DNA of 42,839 bases from a virus, in the IMG/VR virus record IMGVR_UViG_3300040758_000113; one strand, written 5' to 3'. The notes beneath the pieces were generated by a model that saw only the letters and a program-made list of their open reading frames with translations, searched no databases and was not told the origin of the DNA. Made by a program: the position numbers and the translations under genes. Position 1 is the stretch's first letter; each line of letters opens with the position of its first letter. Below are positions 17,072 to 26,129 of the stretch, piece by piece.

Positions 17072-18232
17072 TTATGACCAGAGGTCTTTGACTAACTGAA
17101 TAAGCTGGCTTACCCAACCGGGTTCTTCCACTTCCGGGACAGGCTCGGGAGCCGGGATGACCGGCTCCTCTGGTTCCTCATCGTAGAGATAGTTCTTCCA
17201 CAGACGAAGACCTTTGTGGTTGTGCTCGTTGAGAGCTTCCTTACCATCAAGCCACGCCCGTGGGTCGTCCAGAAGGTGAAGGCCCACGTTGGCGATGTTC
17301 TCCGGGCTATCGGGGTTTGCCTTCCACTGCTTGGGTGCCCATCGCACAGCGTCAGAGACCACGGTAGGAACTCCCATGACCACACCATCCGCCGTCACGA
17401 TATTGAACGACTCGGTGAATGACGGCTGAAACAGGAGGTCCATGGTTCTCACGAGTTCGGAGAACTTTTCCCACGGCATCCACCTGTGCTTGACTACATC
17501 AAATCCGGGGATAGCCTGAGACATCTGTTCAATCGTGTTAACAATGGCCTTGCCCTCAGACTCCCCTCCCTGATTGATATGGAAAGAGACGGGCACCTGC
17601 AAGCGGTTCTGAATGAGAAGACCGGCAGCAACCGCCGAGGGGATGTTCTTCTCCGGGCGGAGTGCGCCGAATGCACCAAGACGTAGAGGTTGAGATGAGA
17701 ACCGTACCTTGCCCTCGTGATGGCCCCGACTGGAATACAAGTCAGGCAGCAGGAAGGTATTGACCCCATAGGCTTCACTGAACCACTGGGTGAATGAACG
17801 AGAGTTCCCGGATACCGAAAGGTTGGGAAGGTCGTTCATCAAGTCGGCGTACTGGCGGAAGTTTCCTATTCCCCGGTAATCGCCATATAAAGCCGCCACG
17901 TTACAATGCGACTTTACGGTGAACTCCATGTCGGGGAAGTAGTTGACCAGTGCCTTCAAATCCAGCGGCGTAATCCACGGTGCCATGATGACACAGTGGG
18001 TCAATGGACCCTTGCCTTCTTTCGCTCGCTTGCCATTGTGAAAGAGAATGGACTGGAGAAGCTCAACGTTATCTTTAACGCCGATAACGTAAGTCCTGAT
18101 TCCATGTTGGTTAAGTTCTTCCGCTGTCTTCTTTGCTGCTACGGCGAGACCCACCGAACTGTACCCTGTCCAAAAGGCAAAGTCCTTGTAGCATAGGGCA
18201 ACTGCCACTTTTTTCCTGCACCCCTCACTCAT
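17072..18232 (-). CDS. GT-B fold glycosyltransferase (family 4-like)
   Basis: C-terminal FQPSFTESFNIVTADGVVMGVPTVVSD matches the E-x7-E / G-x-P motif of retaining GT4 enzymes. Length ~386 aa. Confidence 0.6.
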   Translation of the reverse strand: MSEGCRKKVAVALCYKDFAFWTGYSSVGLAVAAKKTAEELNQHGIRTYVIGVKDNVELLQSILFHNGKRAKEGKGPLTHCVIMAPWITPLDLKALVNYFPDMEFTVKSHCNVAALYGDYRGIGNFRQYADLMNDLPNLSVSGNSRSFTQWFSEAYGVNTFLLPDLYSSRGHHEGKVRFSSQPLRLGAFGALRPEKNIPSAVAAGLLIQNRLQVPVSFHINQGGESEGKAIVNTIEQMSQAIPGFDVVKHRWMPWEKFSELVRTMDLLFQPSFTESFNIVTADGVVMGVPTVVSDAVRWAPKQWKANPDSPENIANVGLHLLDDPRAWLDGKEALNEHNHKGLRLWKNYLYDEEPEEPVIPAPEPVPEVEEPGWVSQLIQLVKDLWS

Positions 18233-18285
18233 TGTTTCCTCCCCGAAATTTTTGCTTTCACTATGAGGATGATAGTCGAACTTCC

Positions 18286-18867
18286 CTACGCAGTTGCGTC
18301 GGCGGAGGGGGTGGACTCCTCCACAGCGGGACCCGTAGGACCGGTCACAGCATCCGGGAAGGCGGTACCTTGAGGCACGACATCAGCCGGATTTTCATCG
18401 GCGGTGAACGTAGAAGGCCCCGCAGGCCCGCTAGGAGGCGCTCCCGGCGCAGGGGCGGGCGGTGGGGCGGGCTGAGCCTGCATCTTGGCGAGTTCGGCCT
18501 CTGTAATGGCATCGTAGGAGAAAACGTAGGACTCGGCTTTCTCAGCGTCGGTGATTCCTTCCGGCAGTTCCCACTTGATGTTGATTGCCATGCCCTTGAA
18601 CTGTTCAAGTTCCACCTTGCTGAGTTCCACCCTGCCCCCGGCGTGCTTGAGGAGTGTGGCGGCAAGAGCGGATAGCCTCTTGGCGGAGCCTTGTGCTCCC
18701 TGATAGGCGGTCGCCAGTTTGCCAACGATTTCATCCGGGTTGTTGTAAATCTTCTGGAGTTCTTCTTCGAGTTGTCTGCAGTACTTTTGCAGGGAACTGA
18801 GGAACTGCTTTTTGACGGTGGACTTTTTCAATACAAAGGGCTTGGGCTGTAAGGATGATTTACTCAC
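18286..18867 (-). CDS. Hypothetical protein with Pro/Ala-rich C-terminal low-complexity tail
   Basis: 193-aa ORF. ...QPAPPPAPAPGAPPSGPAGP... Confidence 0.4.
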   Translation of the reverse strand: MSKSSLQPKPFVLKKSTVKKQFLSSLQKYCRQLEEELQKIYNNPDEIVGKLATAYQGAQGSAKRLSALAATLLKHAGGRVELSKVELEQFKGMAINIKWELPEGITDAEKAESYVFSYDAITEAELAKMQAQPAPPPAPAPGAPPSGPAGPSTFTADENPADVVPQGTAFPDAVTGPTGPAVEESTPSADATA

Positions 18868-18906
18868 ACTTCCTCCTGTTGGGATTTTTCTGTAAAGAAA
18901 TCGAGA

Positions 18907-19287
18907 CTACATCAGTTCTTTGGCCTTCATGAACCGGACGGCTTCGATTGCCTTCTTCACCATGATTTCGTAATCCTCGGGGCCGCAGTCGAACAGAGCG
19001 GAACCCCAAAGCTCGGCGAAAGCCGCCTCGGCGGTCCGATACTTGTAATTGGGGTTGGGGGTAACCAGCCGGGTCTGAGGATTGGTGATGAACTTGTCCT
19101 CGGTATTGACCGGTTTCCCGTCCGAGGGTGCACCCACTCCTTCGATTCTGGCATCAAACATGGGGTCCCAGTAAATCTCAATGTCGGGGGATTCCAAGCT
19201 CACGTAGATGCCGGGAGCGGTCTTCTTGTAGCTCGCCCCAGCCGCCTTGAAGTACCGACCAACCGCAATGCTATCAAATTTGCTCAT
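18907..19287 (-). CDS. Hypothetical protein
   Basis: 126-aa ORF. The upstream region contains gtatttatacagtGGAGG before the ATG. Confidence 0.4.
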   Translation of the reverse strand: MSKFDSIAVGRYFKAAGASYKKTAPGIYVSLESPDIEIYWDPMFDARIEGVGAPSDGKPVNTEDKFITNPQTRLVTPNPNYKYRTAEAAFAELWGSALFDCGPEDYEIMVKKAIEAVRFMKAKELM

Positions 19288-19366
19288 ACAACCTCCACTG
19301 TATAAATACCAAAAAATAACGGAAATAATCGGTCACATTGAGGTATACTGTAAGTGGAGGGAAAAC

Positions 19367-19831
19367 ATGATGCAGGGAATGATTACGGACCCCGAGGCTG
19401 CCCTAAAGTTCATGCTCAGTGGGAAGGTTGGTGAAAAAGAATATATCCCCACAGTTACTTTCAGAAGCCAAAAGACCGGCAACCATTTCACCTACAAAAT
19501 CAAACCTTTGTCCAAGAAGGAAGGGATGCCTCCGGCATATTTCGTCAGTGTCTTGAGCGGACCCGACAACGAGAACGACTACACTTATGTCGGCATGATT
19601 TTTGACCGCCCAACCGAGGTCACCTTCAACCTCACTAAGGGTTCCAAGTTTAACTACAACAGCCCGTGCGTTATAGCAATAAGCTGGGTAATAGAGTACC
19701 TTGCCTGCGAGCAAGAACCTCCCATGACGGAGATATACCACGAAGGAAGGTGCGGAGTTTGTGGGAGAACACTTACGACCCCGGAGTCATGCTTAACCGG
19801 CATTGGCCCTATTTGTGCTGCAAAAATGTAA
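19367..19831 (+). CDS. Hypothetical protein with C-terminal CxxC...C...C zinc motif
   Basis: RBS GTGGAGGG 6 nt before ATGATG at 19367. C-terminus CGVCGRTLTTPESCLTGIGPIC. Confidence 0.45.
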   Translation: MMQGMITDPEAALKFMLSGKVGEKEYIPTVTFRSQKTGNHFTYKIKPLSKKEGMPPAYFVSVLSGPDNENDYTYVGMIFDRPTEVTFNLTKGSKFNYNSPCVIAISWVIEYLACEQEPPMTEIYHEGRCGVCGRTLTTPESCLTGIGPICAAKM

Positions 19832-19888
19832 GGAATCGGTCTCTAATGCGCAAAACTTGCCTAACAAAACTATAAGTGAAGGAAACAT

Positions 19889-20614
19889 ATGGCACGACTC
19901 GTCCATTCATGGCAAGACCTATGCGCTTGCGGAAATCCTAAGAACCGCTACGCAGTAGAATGCCAGCAATGCCACTTGAAAAACCGCAGGGATACTTGCG
20001 TATGCGGTAAACCTAAATATAAAACTAAACCCTTGTGTCGGGACTGTAACCACAAACGAGACTTCTGCCCCTGTGGTCTTACAAAGGACAAGAGGGCACT
20101 GAGATGCACGGTGTGCAAGGGCAAAGAGCCATTAGAAAAAAGGTGCAACAGGTGTGGAAATCCTTTCCCAATTGAGGCATATAGTCTCAGACCTGATGGC
20201 AGGGGCGGACATAAACGACGTAGCCGCTGCAAGAAGTGCGAGTCAGACGAACAAAAGGAACGGCGTTCCAAGTTTCCGAAGAAAGCTAAGGACATAAAAC
20301 AACGCTCGTTGGAAAGATGCAAGAAAGACCCTGTGCGCTCAGCCAAGGCACAGAAAGCCCAATGGCGGCGGCAATGGAGAAAATTAGGACTCGACCCCAA
20401 AGAGGTCTTCAAATGGATAGAAATTCATGGGTGGTTCTGTGCTATCTGCGGGGAAGCAGTGGGTCATCGGACACGGGCAGCGGACCACGACCACATCACA
20501 GGAAAATTTCGTGGTATTTTATGCTCAAGATGTAATCCCGGTCTCGGTATGTTCAAAGATAAACCTGAACTACTTAGGAAAGCGGCACAATACTTAGAAG
20601 ATTCTATAAGGTAG
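19889..20614 (+). CDS. Endonuclease VII-family (T4 gp49-like) nuclease with N-terminal CxCG...CxxC repeats
   Basis: CAICGEAVGHRTRAADHDHITGKFRGILCSRCNPGLG (Endo VII core). N-terminal repeats CACGNPKNRYAVECQQCH, CVCGKPKYKTKPLCRDCNHK, CPCGLTKDKRALRCTVCKG. Confidence 0.7.
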   Translation: MARLVHSWQDLCACGNPKNRYAVECQQCHLKNRRDTCVCGKPKYKTKPLCRDCNHKRDFCPCGLTKDKRALRCTVCKGKEPLEKRCNRCGNPFPIEAYSLRPDGRGGHKRRSRCKKCESDEQKERRSKFPKKAKDIKQRSLERCKKDPVRSAKAQKAQWRRQWRKLGLDPKEVFKWIEIHGWFCAICGEAVGHRTRAADHDHITGKFRGILCSRCNPGLGMFKDKPELLRKAAQYLEDSIR

Positions 20615-20619
20615 GTATT

Positions 20620-20835
20620 ATGGCAGGAAACACCGGTAAGATGACACGAGGAGCAATCGAGCGCCGGGGGCCAAGGATGTGCCTCAGTTATTTGGTGGGC
20701 GGAGAAGGGTATTTCATCTTCCGGGAAGGCCAACTGCCCCTTAAGAATAACTTCTACCGGCTTCGAGTGCTGGCAAGGTCCTACAGCAAGTCCTACCTCA
20801 TGGGGATTGGGCGGGCGCAAAACATCATGCCCTAA
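20620..20835 (+). CDS. Hypothetical small protein
   Basis: AAGGTAGG RBS before the ATG, immediately after the EndoVII gene. 71 aa, no motifs. Confidence 0.3.
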   Translation: MAGNTGKMTRGAIERRGPRMCLSYLVGGEGYFIFREGQLPLKNNFYRLRVLARSYSKSYLMGIGRAQNIMP

Positions 20836-21392
20836 TCCTTGGCCTGCGTCAAATTCTTGTTTTCGGTCGGGTCACTATCATCCAACAACTGGTCCAAAGA
20901 TTGTGCTGGTCCATCCGCAGCAAAAGCTACCCCGGATTCTTCTGCCGCCACACCAGCCAACTCCCGGTCTACCGCCGCCCCGGCTGCGGCAAGCTGCTCC
21001 TGATTCCGCTTGATGGTCTTAACGATGGGCGGGCGCTTCGGCCCGGCGAGGGCGGCAACCTTCTGTACGGCCTCACCATCAAAGTTCTCGGTCGGAGCCA
21101 TGGGTACACCGGCAACAAGCCTCTGAGGCGCTGCTGGAGCCTTCTGCGCCTCCGCAACGGCCTCTTCCAGACGCTCCGCCATCATAAACTCCAACATGGA
21201 GCGCTGCGGGTCCTTGGCGTGCTTCTTACAGATGTCATAGACCTTGCTGGCTTCCACCACTTCCTCACCCTCCTTGTTGGGTAAGGGAGCGAATGGCTCC
21301 TTGCAAAGCCTGTCTTTGAAGTCGGCAATGACCCCGCAGCCACATGATAGCTTTACGCTAATCCTATGAATACTAAGGCTTTCTACTTTCAT
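20832..21392 (-). CDS. Hypothetical protein
   Basis: 186-aa ORF. N-terminus has CGCG...C. Confidence 0.4.
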   Translation of the reverse strand: MKVESLSIHRISVKLSCGCGVIADFKDRLCKEPFAPLPNKEGEEVVEASKVYDICKKHAKDPQRSMLEFMMAERLEEAVAEAQKAPAAPQRLVAGVPMAPTENFDGEAVQKVAALAGPKRPPIVKTIKRNQEQLAAAGAAVDRELAGVAAEESGVAFAADGPAQSLDQLLDDSDPTENKNLTQAKD

Positions 21393-21393
21393 C

Positions 21394-21597
21394 TTAAACT
21401 CCCTTCATGAGTGCTTTGAAGCACAGTTCAGAGGCGTCGGTCAGCACCTTCTTGGCGATTTCAAGCTTATCCTCGTAGAGGATGCCGCTGGACATATCGT
21501 TGTAGAACTCCAATGAGAGGAGTGGTGCGTGGTCATCTTCCGGGTCACTGGCGATGAACTTCTTCTGATTGATAGTACTGTAAATCTCTAATTTCAT
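21394..21597 (-). CDS. Hypothetical small protein
   Basis: 67-aa ORF whose start overlaps the stop of the upstream gene (ATGA). Confidence 0.3.
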   Translation of the reverse strand: MKLEIYSTINQKKFIASDPEDDHAPLLSLEFYNDMSSGILYEDKLEIAKKVLTDASELCFKALMKGV

Positions 21598-22499
21598 AAG
21601 TGTTTCCCCAGTTCATAACCGGCTAATAGCGCCCCGGCAATCTCCGCACCCTTTTTGGTGCCCGCCCAAATTTTCTGCCATCTCGTCTTGACGGATACTG
21701 CCTTGTACTTCTTCACAGTGTCTTGGCACTGCCCGTTGGCGAGCTTAAGCTTGTCATCATCGGCCCGAAGAGCATTGAAATCCGTAGTCAGGCTGGCGTT
21801 GGTCTTGGTCAGACCGTCAATGGTCTGGTTCTTGGTTGTTATCTGTTGGTTAAGGTTGTCCACGTTACTTGCCAGCCGGTCCCGGTCCAGTTTCGTGGCG
21901 GTAAACTGCTGCACGATGGTGATGGGGAAGGTGAGCAACTGTTCTTTCGTCGCCGGGTCGGCGGATACGTTAAGTGTGAGCGGCAGCGGGGTGTTCTTGT
22001 AAGAATCCTTCAAGTCCCCGAATACTTCCTGTGCCGACTTGCCCGGCTGGAGAACGGCGGTAATGGACTGGTCAACCTTGGTGTTGAGGTCTTTTAGTTG
22101 CTGAATGAGGCCAGCTTCCTTGGCGTTGGCGGCGGCAATCTGTGTGGCCCATTGCGCCCGGTCAGCGGCATGTTCCGTCGCCTCCTTCTGATACTGGCTG
22201 TCGGCCTGCTTCCACGACTGCTCATACTGAACCATGAGCTTCTCAGAAGCCTCCGCCCGCTGCATGAGTTTGTCATATCCTTTAAGGCCGTAGTACGCTC
22301 CTACGCCGCCACAGGTGAGAACAAAAAACAGGATGAGAACGATGACATAGTTGAGCGTGATATGGTGGTTCACCATCTTATTCAAAATTTCCTGCGGCAC
22401 AGTTACGGTGGGGGCGACCGGGGCCGGGGGCGACAATGGACCCGTATATCCCGTGTTGCCCATATATCCCGTGGTTCCCGTGGGTGCGATATTACTCAT
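21594..22499 (-). CDS. Membrane-anchored coiled-coil protein (single predicted TM helix)
   Basis: HHITLNYVIVLILFFVLTCGGVGAYYGL hydrophobic span, followed by a long heptad-like region. Confidence 0.45.
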   Translation of the reverse strand: MSNIAPTGTTGYMGNTGYTGPLSPPAPVAPTVTVPQEILNKMVNHHITLNYVIVLILFFVLTCGGVGAYYGLKGYDKLMQRAEASEKLMVQYEQSWKQADSQYQKEATEHAADRAQWATQIAAANAKEAGLIQQLKDLNTKVDQSITAVLQPGKSAQEVFGDLKDSYKNTPLPLTLNVSADPATKEQLLTFPITIVQQFTATKLDRDRLASNVDNLNQQITTKNQTIDGLTKTNASLTTDFNALRADDDKLKLANGQCQDTVKKYKAVSVKTRWQKIWAGTKKGAEIAGALLAGYELGKHL

Positions 22500-22503
22500 G
22501 ATT

Positions 22504-23688
22504 CTACTCCTCTTTGCTGCTACCTAAAGGAATTGGTAGTGAGGGGTCCACCTTTGCCATCTGTTTAGCGGAAAACTTATAGGTATCTCCATACTTCTTC
22601 ACCACTTCCCGGTAGTTTTTGAAGGCTGGATTTTCCTTTTTCACCCAGTGCTTCATGACGTTATCCTTCACTATTGTGTAAATAATGAAGTAGTTCTTAG
22701 GGGATTTGACTTCCCCTTTCTTGATGGCCTCCACAATTTTGGCAGCGATGGTGGAGGGAACGTGGATGCCATCCACGAGAATGAGTTTGCGCACAAGGGC
22801 TGTGACCGTCTTCTGCCGGGACTTCTTGAGCGGCTCGTGCTGGTCTTTCCGCTTGGCGGTGGGAACGAGGGGAGACTCTCCCAGCTTGGTGTCTTCCCGG
22901 ATGAGGCTTAAAGCCTCCTTGATATCCTTCGCCCGGCTGGCGGCGGCAAACTTCCTGCGGACAGTGGAGTCCTTGATTTCCCCAATCTCTTTTTCGGTAG
23001 TTGCTTCCTTGAGCGCCTCAGCCTCTTCGGCGTCGAACTCAGCATAAAGTTCGGAGAGGGCCTTTTCTCCTTCCTTTTCGTCATCTTCCTTGAGGGTGGA
23101 AACAAGGGGACAATAGTAGTAAGTTCGTATGTCTTTGGGAACATAGGAGAGGTTGAGGAGGTTCCGAACAGGGGTCTCCAGCATGATACTCTTGGTCTTC
23201 AAGGTTATGCGAATGACCGCCCGCCCGGCTCCAATAGCTGTTACCGTCCCACAGAAATCTCGGGTCTCGCCGTTAAGAACCCGGACAAAGGACCCCACCT
23301 CTACCCCGGAGGAGTGTTCCCTGAACTGCTTCTCGGCAGGGGACATAAGCTTCTGAACTTCCGTGTCGGAGACTCTTATTACCTTATTTGGCCGGTTTGA
23401 ATCTCCCTCAGTGACCAGAGACACCACACCCGTGATGGTCTTTAGCCGCAATAGCCCTTGGAAACTATCACTGCGGACAAAGAGGTACGCCGCCGCCGTG
23501 AGGTCAAAAACGTCAAGGTCCCGGTGACCTACCGGTATGAACAATTCCACAGCATCTTCTCGAAAAATCTGAGGTATTTGTTTGCCTATCCGGCGTAGGG
23601 TGGGTTCGATGGTCTTCTCGCTGCGAACTTCCAGCATACACCACTCCTTGCCTTTCAGCTTGGAGCAGTCTCTATATGTTAGTAACAT
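22504..23688 (-). CDS. NusG-like (NGN + KOW) domain protein; putative phage transcription elongation/antitermination factor
   Basis: KOW-like GSFVRVLNGETRDFCGTVTAIGAGRAVIRITLKTKSIMLETPV, preceded by an NGN-like N-terminus. Long lysine-rich C-terminal extension. Confidence 0.4.
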   Translation of the reverse strand: MLLTYRDCSKLKGKEWCMLEVRSEKTIEPTLRRIGKQIPQIFREDAVELFIPVGHRDLDVFDLTAAAYLFVRSDSFQGLLRLKTITGVVSLVTEGDSNRPNKVIRVSDTEVQKLMSPAEKQFREHSSGVEVGSFVRVLNGETRDFCGTVTAIGAGRAVIRITLKTKSIMLETPVRNLLNLSYVPKDIRTYYYCPLVSTLKEDDEKEGEKALSELYAEFDAEEAEALKEATTEKEIGEIKDSTVRRKFAAASRAKDIKEALSLIREDTKLGESPLVPTAKRKDQHEPLKKSRQKTVTALVRKLILVDGIHVPSTIAAKIVEAIKKGEVKSPKNYFIIYTIVKDNVMKHWVKKENPAFKNYREVVKKYGDTYKFSAKQMAKVDPSLPIPLGSSKEE

Positions 23689-23691
23689 GGT

Positions 23692-23710
23692 CCTCCACAG
23701 TATAATACTG
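23692..23710 (-). promoter_or_regulatory. AGTATTATA box abutting the Shine-Dalgarno of gene 22504-23688 (candidate phage promoter -10-like element)
   Basis: Minus strand reads cagtattatactgtGGAGGaccATG. The same architecture recurs at 26109-26126, 36661-36678, 41213-41234, 7288-7302 and 19299-19312 on the minus strand, and at 9688-9700 and 19341-19358 on the plus strand. Confidence 0.3.
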
Positions 23711-23715
23711 ATTGT

Positions 23716-24465
23716 TTAGCGCAAACGTCCTAGCTTATCCCGTTGTCTTCCCTGTGTGCTTTTACTGATTTTGGCACGTATCTCGGGAGAAAGCCGTCTC
23801 GCACTCGCTATTTTACTAAGTTTGGCTCTAGTCTCATCTGACACAACCCTCTGTCTGCACTTAGCACGGAATTCTTCCGACCGTTTTCTACCACGATTGG
23901 ATGCGGATATTTTAGCAGTGCATTCGGGAGCCTGCTTTCTTCCTTTCGCTACTTTACTCATCTTGATTCTTTCCTCAATTGGAACTTCTCTGCCCGTTAA
24001 TGCATTGCTCAATTTTTGTCTTGTTTCCTGAGACACCTCTCGGTTACACATACATTTCCGTATGCTGTCAATGCGGGACTGTTTAGTCTCTGGATTAGCC
24101 CAAGCAGCCTTATTACCTTCTCCAATCTTCTTACGAGTTTCATCTGAAAGGGGTCCGGTTCTTCCCTCCCCACCCCGGCATATATTGTACCCATACTCAG
24201 GGTCCTGCGACCGCAGGAACTTGATGAAATCCCGTTCAGTTTGGTCAAGCTCTTCTCGGTCAGTGATGTCGGCCCGGAGGGCGTGTATGGACCAAGAAGA
24301 GGGGTCTGAGTGTGCTCGCATAGACTGATAAAGGCGAGATTGGTTTGAGATACCTCTTTGGGCGTGGTGAAACTTCTGCTGAAGATATTTCTTTAGATTG
24401 TTCCCCTTATGCTGACCGACATAGTACTTACCGGTCTCGTGGTTAACAATGAGATAAATGAACAT
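23716..24465 (-). CDS. GIY-YIG homing endonuclease, paralog of 6118-6969
   Basis: MFIYLIVNHETGKYYVGQHKG is nearly identical to the N-terminus of ORF 6118-6969. Basic repeat-rich C-terminus. Confidence 0.75.
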   Translation of the reverse strand: MFIYLIVNHETGKYYVGQHKGNNLKKYLQQKFHHAQRGISNQSRLYQSMRAHSDPSSWSIHALRADITDREELDQTERDFIKFLRSQDPEYGYNICRGGEGRTGPLSDETRKKIGEGNKAAWANPETKQSRIDSIRKCMCNREVSQETRQKLSNALTGREVPIEERIKMSKVAKGRKQAPECTAKISASNRGRKRSEEFRAKCRQRVVSDETRAKLSKIASARRLSPEIRAKISKSTQGRQRDKLGRLR

Positions 24466-24500
24466 AACTTCTTCCCGATTAAGGATTAGGAAGTTGTTTT

Positions 24501-25607
24501 TTACAAAACTTCACCTTTCAGGATGGCTTGGCTGGAAGAGAAATTCTTGCTTGGAGCATTGGTCGGCGGCTTGACTGATTTGAGGATTCTCGCCGCCGCC
24601 ATAAGCTCGTACACAAAAAGGGGGAGGGCATCAGCGGGAATGAACGGGGTCGCTAACCATTTGAGAAATATAGCGGAAGTCTCCTTAATGTTGGGGAGCG
24701 TCTCAGCAATACGAGCAAGCTCCGAGGCTGGCTCCGACCATGGGGACTTGGCATAAAGGGAAAAGGTAGTTTCAATGACCTTGGTTGGAAGCGCTACCCG
24801 TGCGCCATCGTCGGCAAGCTTGACGGCAGCGGCTTGGTCCCCATGGCTTATAGCCAGCAGGATGCTGTAGCATACGCTTTCTAGGGGATTATCCAGAACC
24901 TTGTCAACGTTCTCCCTGTTCACCTTGCCCAGTGCGGCGGCGAATCCCAGCCAACGGACCGCCTCCCTTATGATGCCTTTGGAGTGTTTGGCGATGTCCT
25001 TGATAGCATCAAGTTCATAGTCAATGCCGTTACGGGAGGCTATGCTCGCCATCAGGCCGGTAATCACGTCGTCTGTGGCACGATAGAAAGTCAGCGGCAA
25101 ACAGCGGGACTGGATGGTCTTGGGGATGCGGTTGTCATCGGTGGTAACGAACATGAAGATACTGTCAGTGTCGGGGCGCTCCAGTGGCTTGAGGAAAACA
25201 TCCCAAGCTTCCGAAGAAAGCCGATGGGCTTCATCAATCACAGCGACCCGGCGCTTCCCAGTGATGGGCGGCTGCGCCATGCAGTCCATTAAATTGCGGG
25301 CATCTTGCACGCCGGGGTGTTCAGCAGCATCCGTTTCAAAGAAGTCGGCGTCATGCTCAATTGTCTCTTGGTCGATGAAGCGACAGGAGGGGCACGTTCC
25401 ACAACCCAGTGGGTCACTCCCGGCGCACATGAGCGCACGGGAAAGAAGGTAGGCCACAGAGGTTTTCCCAAGGCCCCATGGACCTTTGAGGATGAAACCA
25501 CGAGGAAGAAACTTTCCCGTAGTCAGGAGACTCTTGAGTAAGGATACGACTCTGTCTTGTCCCACGACTTCGCTCCAAGCCGTGGGACGAAAGGAGATTA
25601 GATTCAT
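24501..25607 (-). CDS. Clamp-loader ATPase (DnaX gamma/tau-like AAA+)
   Basis: RPTAWSEVVGQ..., Walker A GPWGLGKTS, zinc module CGTCPSC, VAVIDEAHRLS, sensor SRC in IQSRCLPLTF. Confidence 0.7.
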   Translation of the reverse strand: MNLISFRPTAWSEVVGQDRVVSLLKSLLTTGKFLPRGFILKGPWGLGKTSVAYLLSRALMCAGSDPLGCGTCPSCRFIDQETIEHDADFFETDAAEHPGVQDARNLMDCMAQPPITGKRRVAVIDEAHRLSSEAWDVFLKPLERPDTDSIFMFVTTDDNRIPKTIQSRCLPLTFYRATDDVITGLMASIASRNGIDYELDAIKDIAKHSKGIIREAVRWLGFAAALGKVNRENVDKVLDNPLESVCYSILLAISHGDQAAAVKLADDGARVALPTKVIETTFSLYAKSPWSEPASELARIAETLPNIKETSAIFLKWLATPFIPADALPLFVYELMAAARILKSVKPPTNAPSKNFSSSQAILKGEVL

Positions 25608-25625
25608 AGCGTTACGTTACCTCTC

Positions 25626-26102
25626 CTATGCTTGTTTGGGAATAGAGGCAACGTGAGCCGCCTGCCTTTGCAGGACGGTGCTGAGCTTCTGGAATCCCTC
25701 CACGGCGATGTCAGTCATCTCGTCTTGATATTGACCGAGGTCCCGGACATCAACCCATAGAGCATCGGAGTTACCGGAAATCCTGCCCATGCGCTTGGCG
25801 AACACGAACACCACCAGCCGATGGACCTGTTGGTCCTGTCGAATTTCCTCGCACACAAACAGGGCGTGCTGAGGGTCAATGTCCACCCCGGACCACTCGA
25901 TAGCAAGACGACGGGACGTTTCAAAGAACGACTCGAAGGACATGATTTGACCGATGGGAACGGTTATCCGGTCTTTGTCGATGCCTTCCTTGGCTTTGCC
26001 GAGAAGCACCAACCCGTGTTCATCCATGACGATTACAGCTACCTCTGCCTGTGGCAGGGAGATATATGTCTCCCCCTCATCAAAGTCTTTTTCGACTGCC
26101 AT
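25626..26102 (-). CDS. Hypothetical protein; degenerate NUDIX-like box
   Basis: G-x5-E-x7-R-L-A-I-E-W-S-G-V resembles the Nudix box Gx5Ex7REUxEExGU, but the RE and EE positions are substituted. Confidence 0.35.
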   Translation of the reverse strand: MAVEKDFDEGETYISLPQAEVAVIVMDEHGLVLLGKAKEGIDKDRITVPIGQIMSFESFFETSRRLAIEWSGVDIDPQHALFVCEEIRQDQQVHRLVVFVFAKRMGRISGNSDALWVDVRDLGQYQDEMTDIAVEGFQKLSTVLQRQAAHVASIPKQA

Positions 26103-26108
26103 GACTGG

Positions 26109-26126
26109 CCTCCTTTGTATAATACT
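26109..26126 (-). promoter_or_regulatory. AGTATTATA box + SD upstream of gene 25626-26102
   Basis: Minus strand: gcagtattatacaaAGGAGGccagtcATG. Confidence 0.3.
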
Positions 26127-26129
26127 GCG

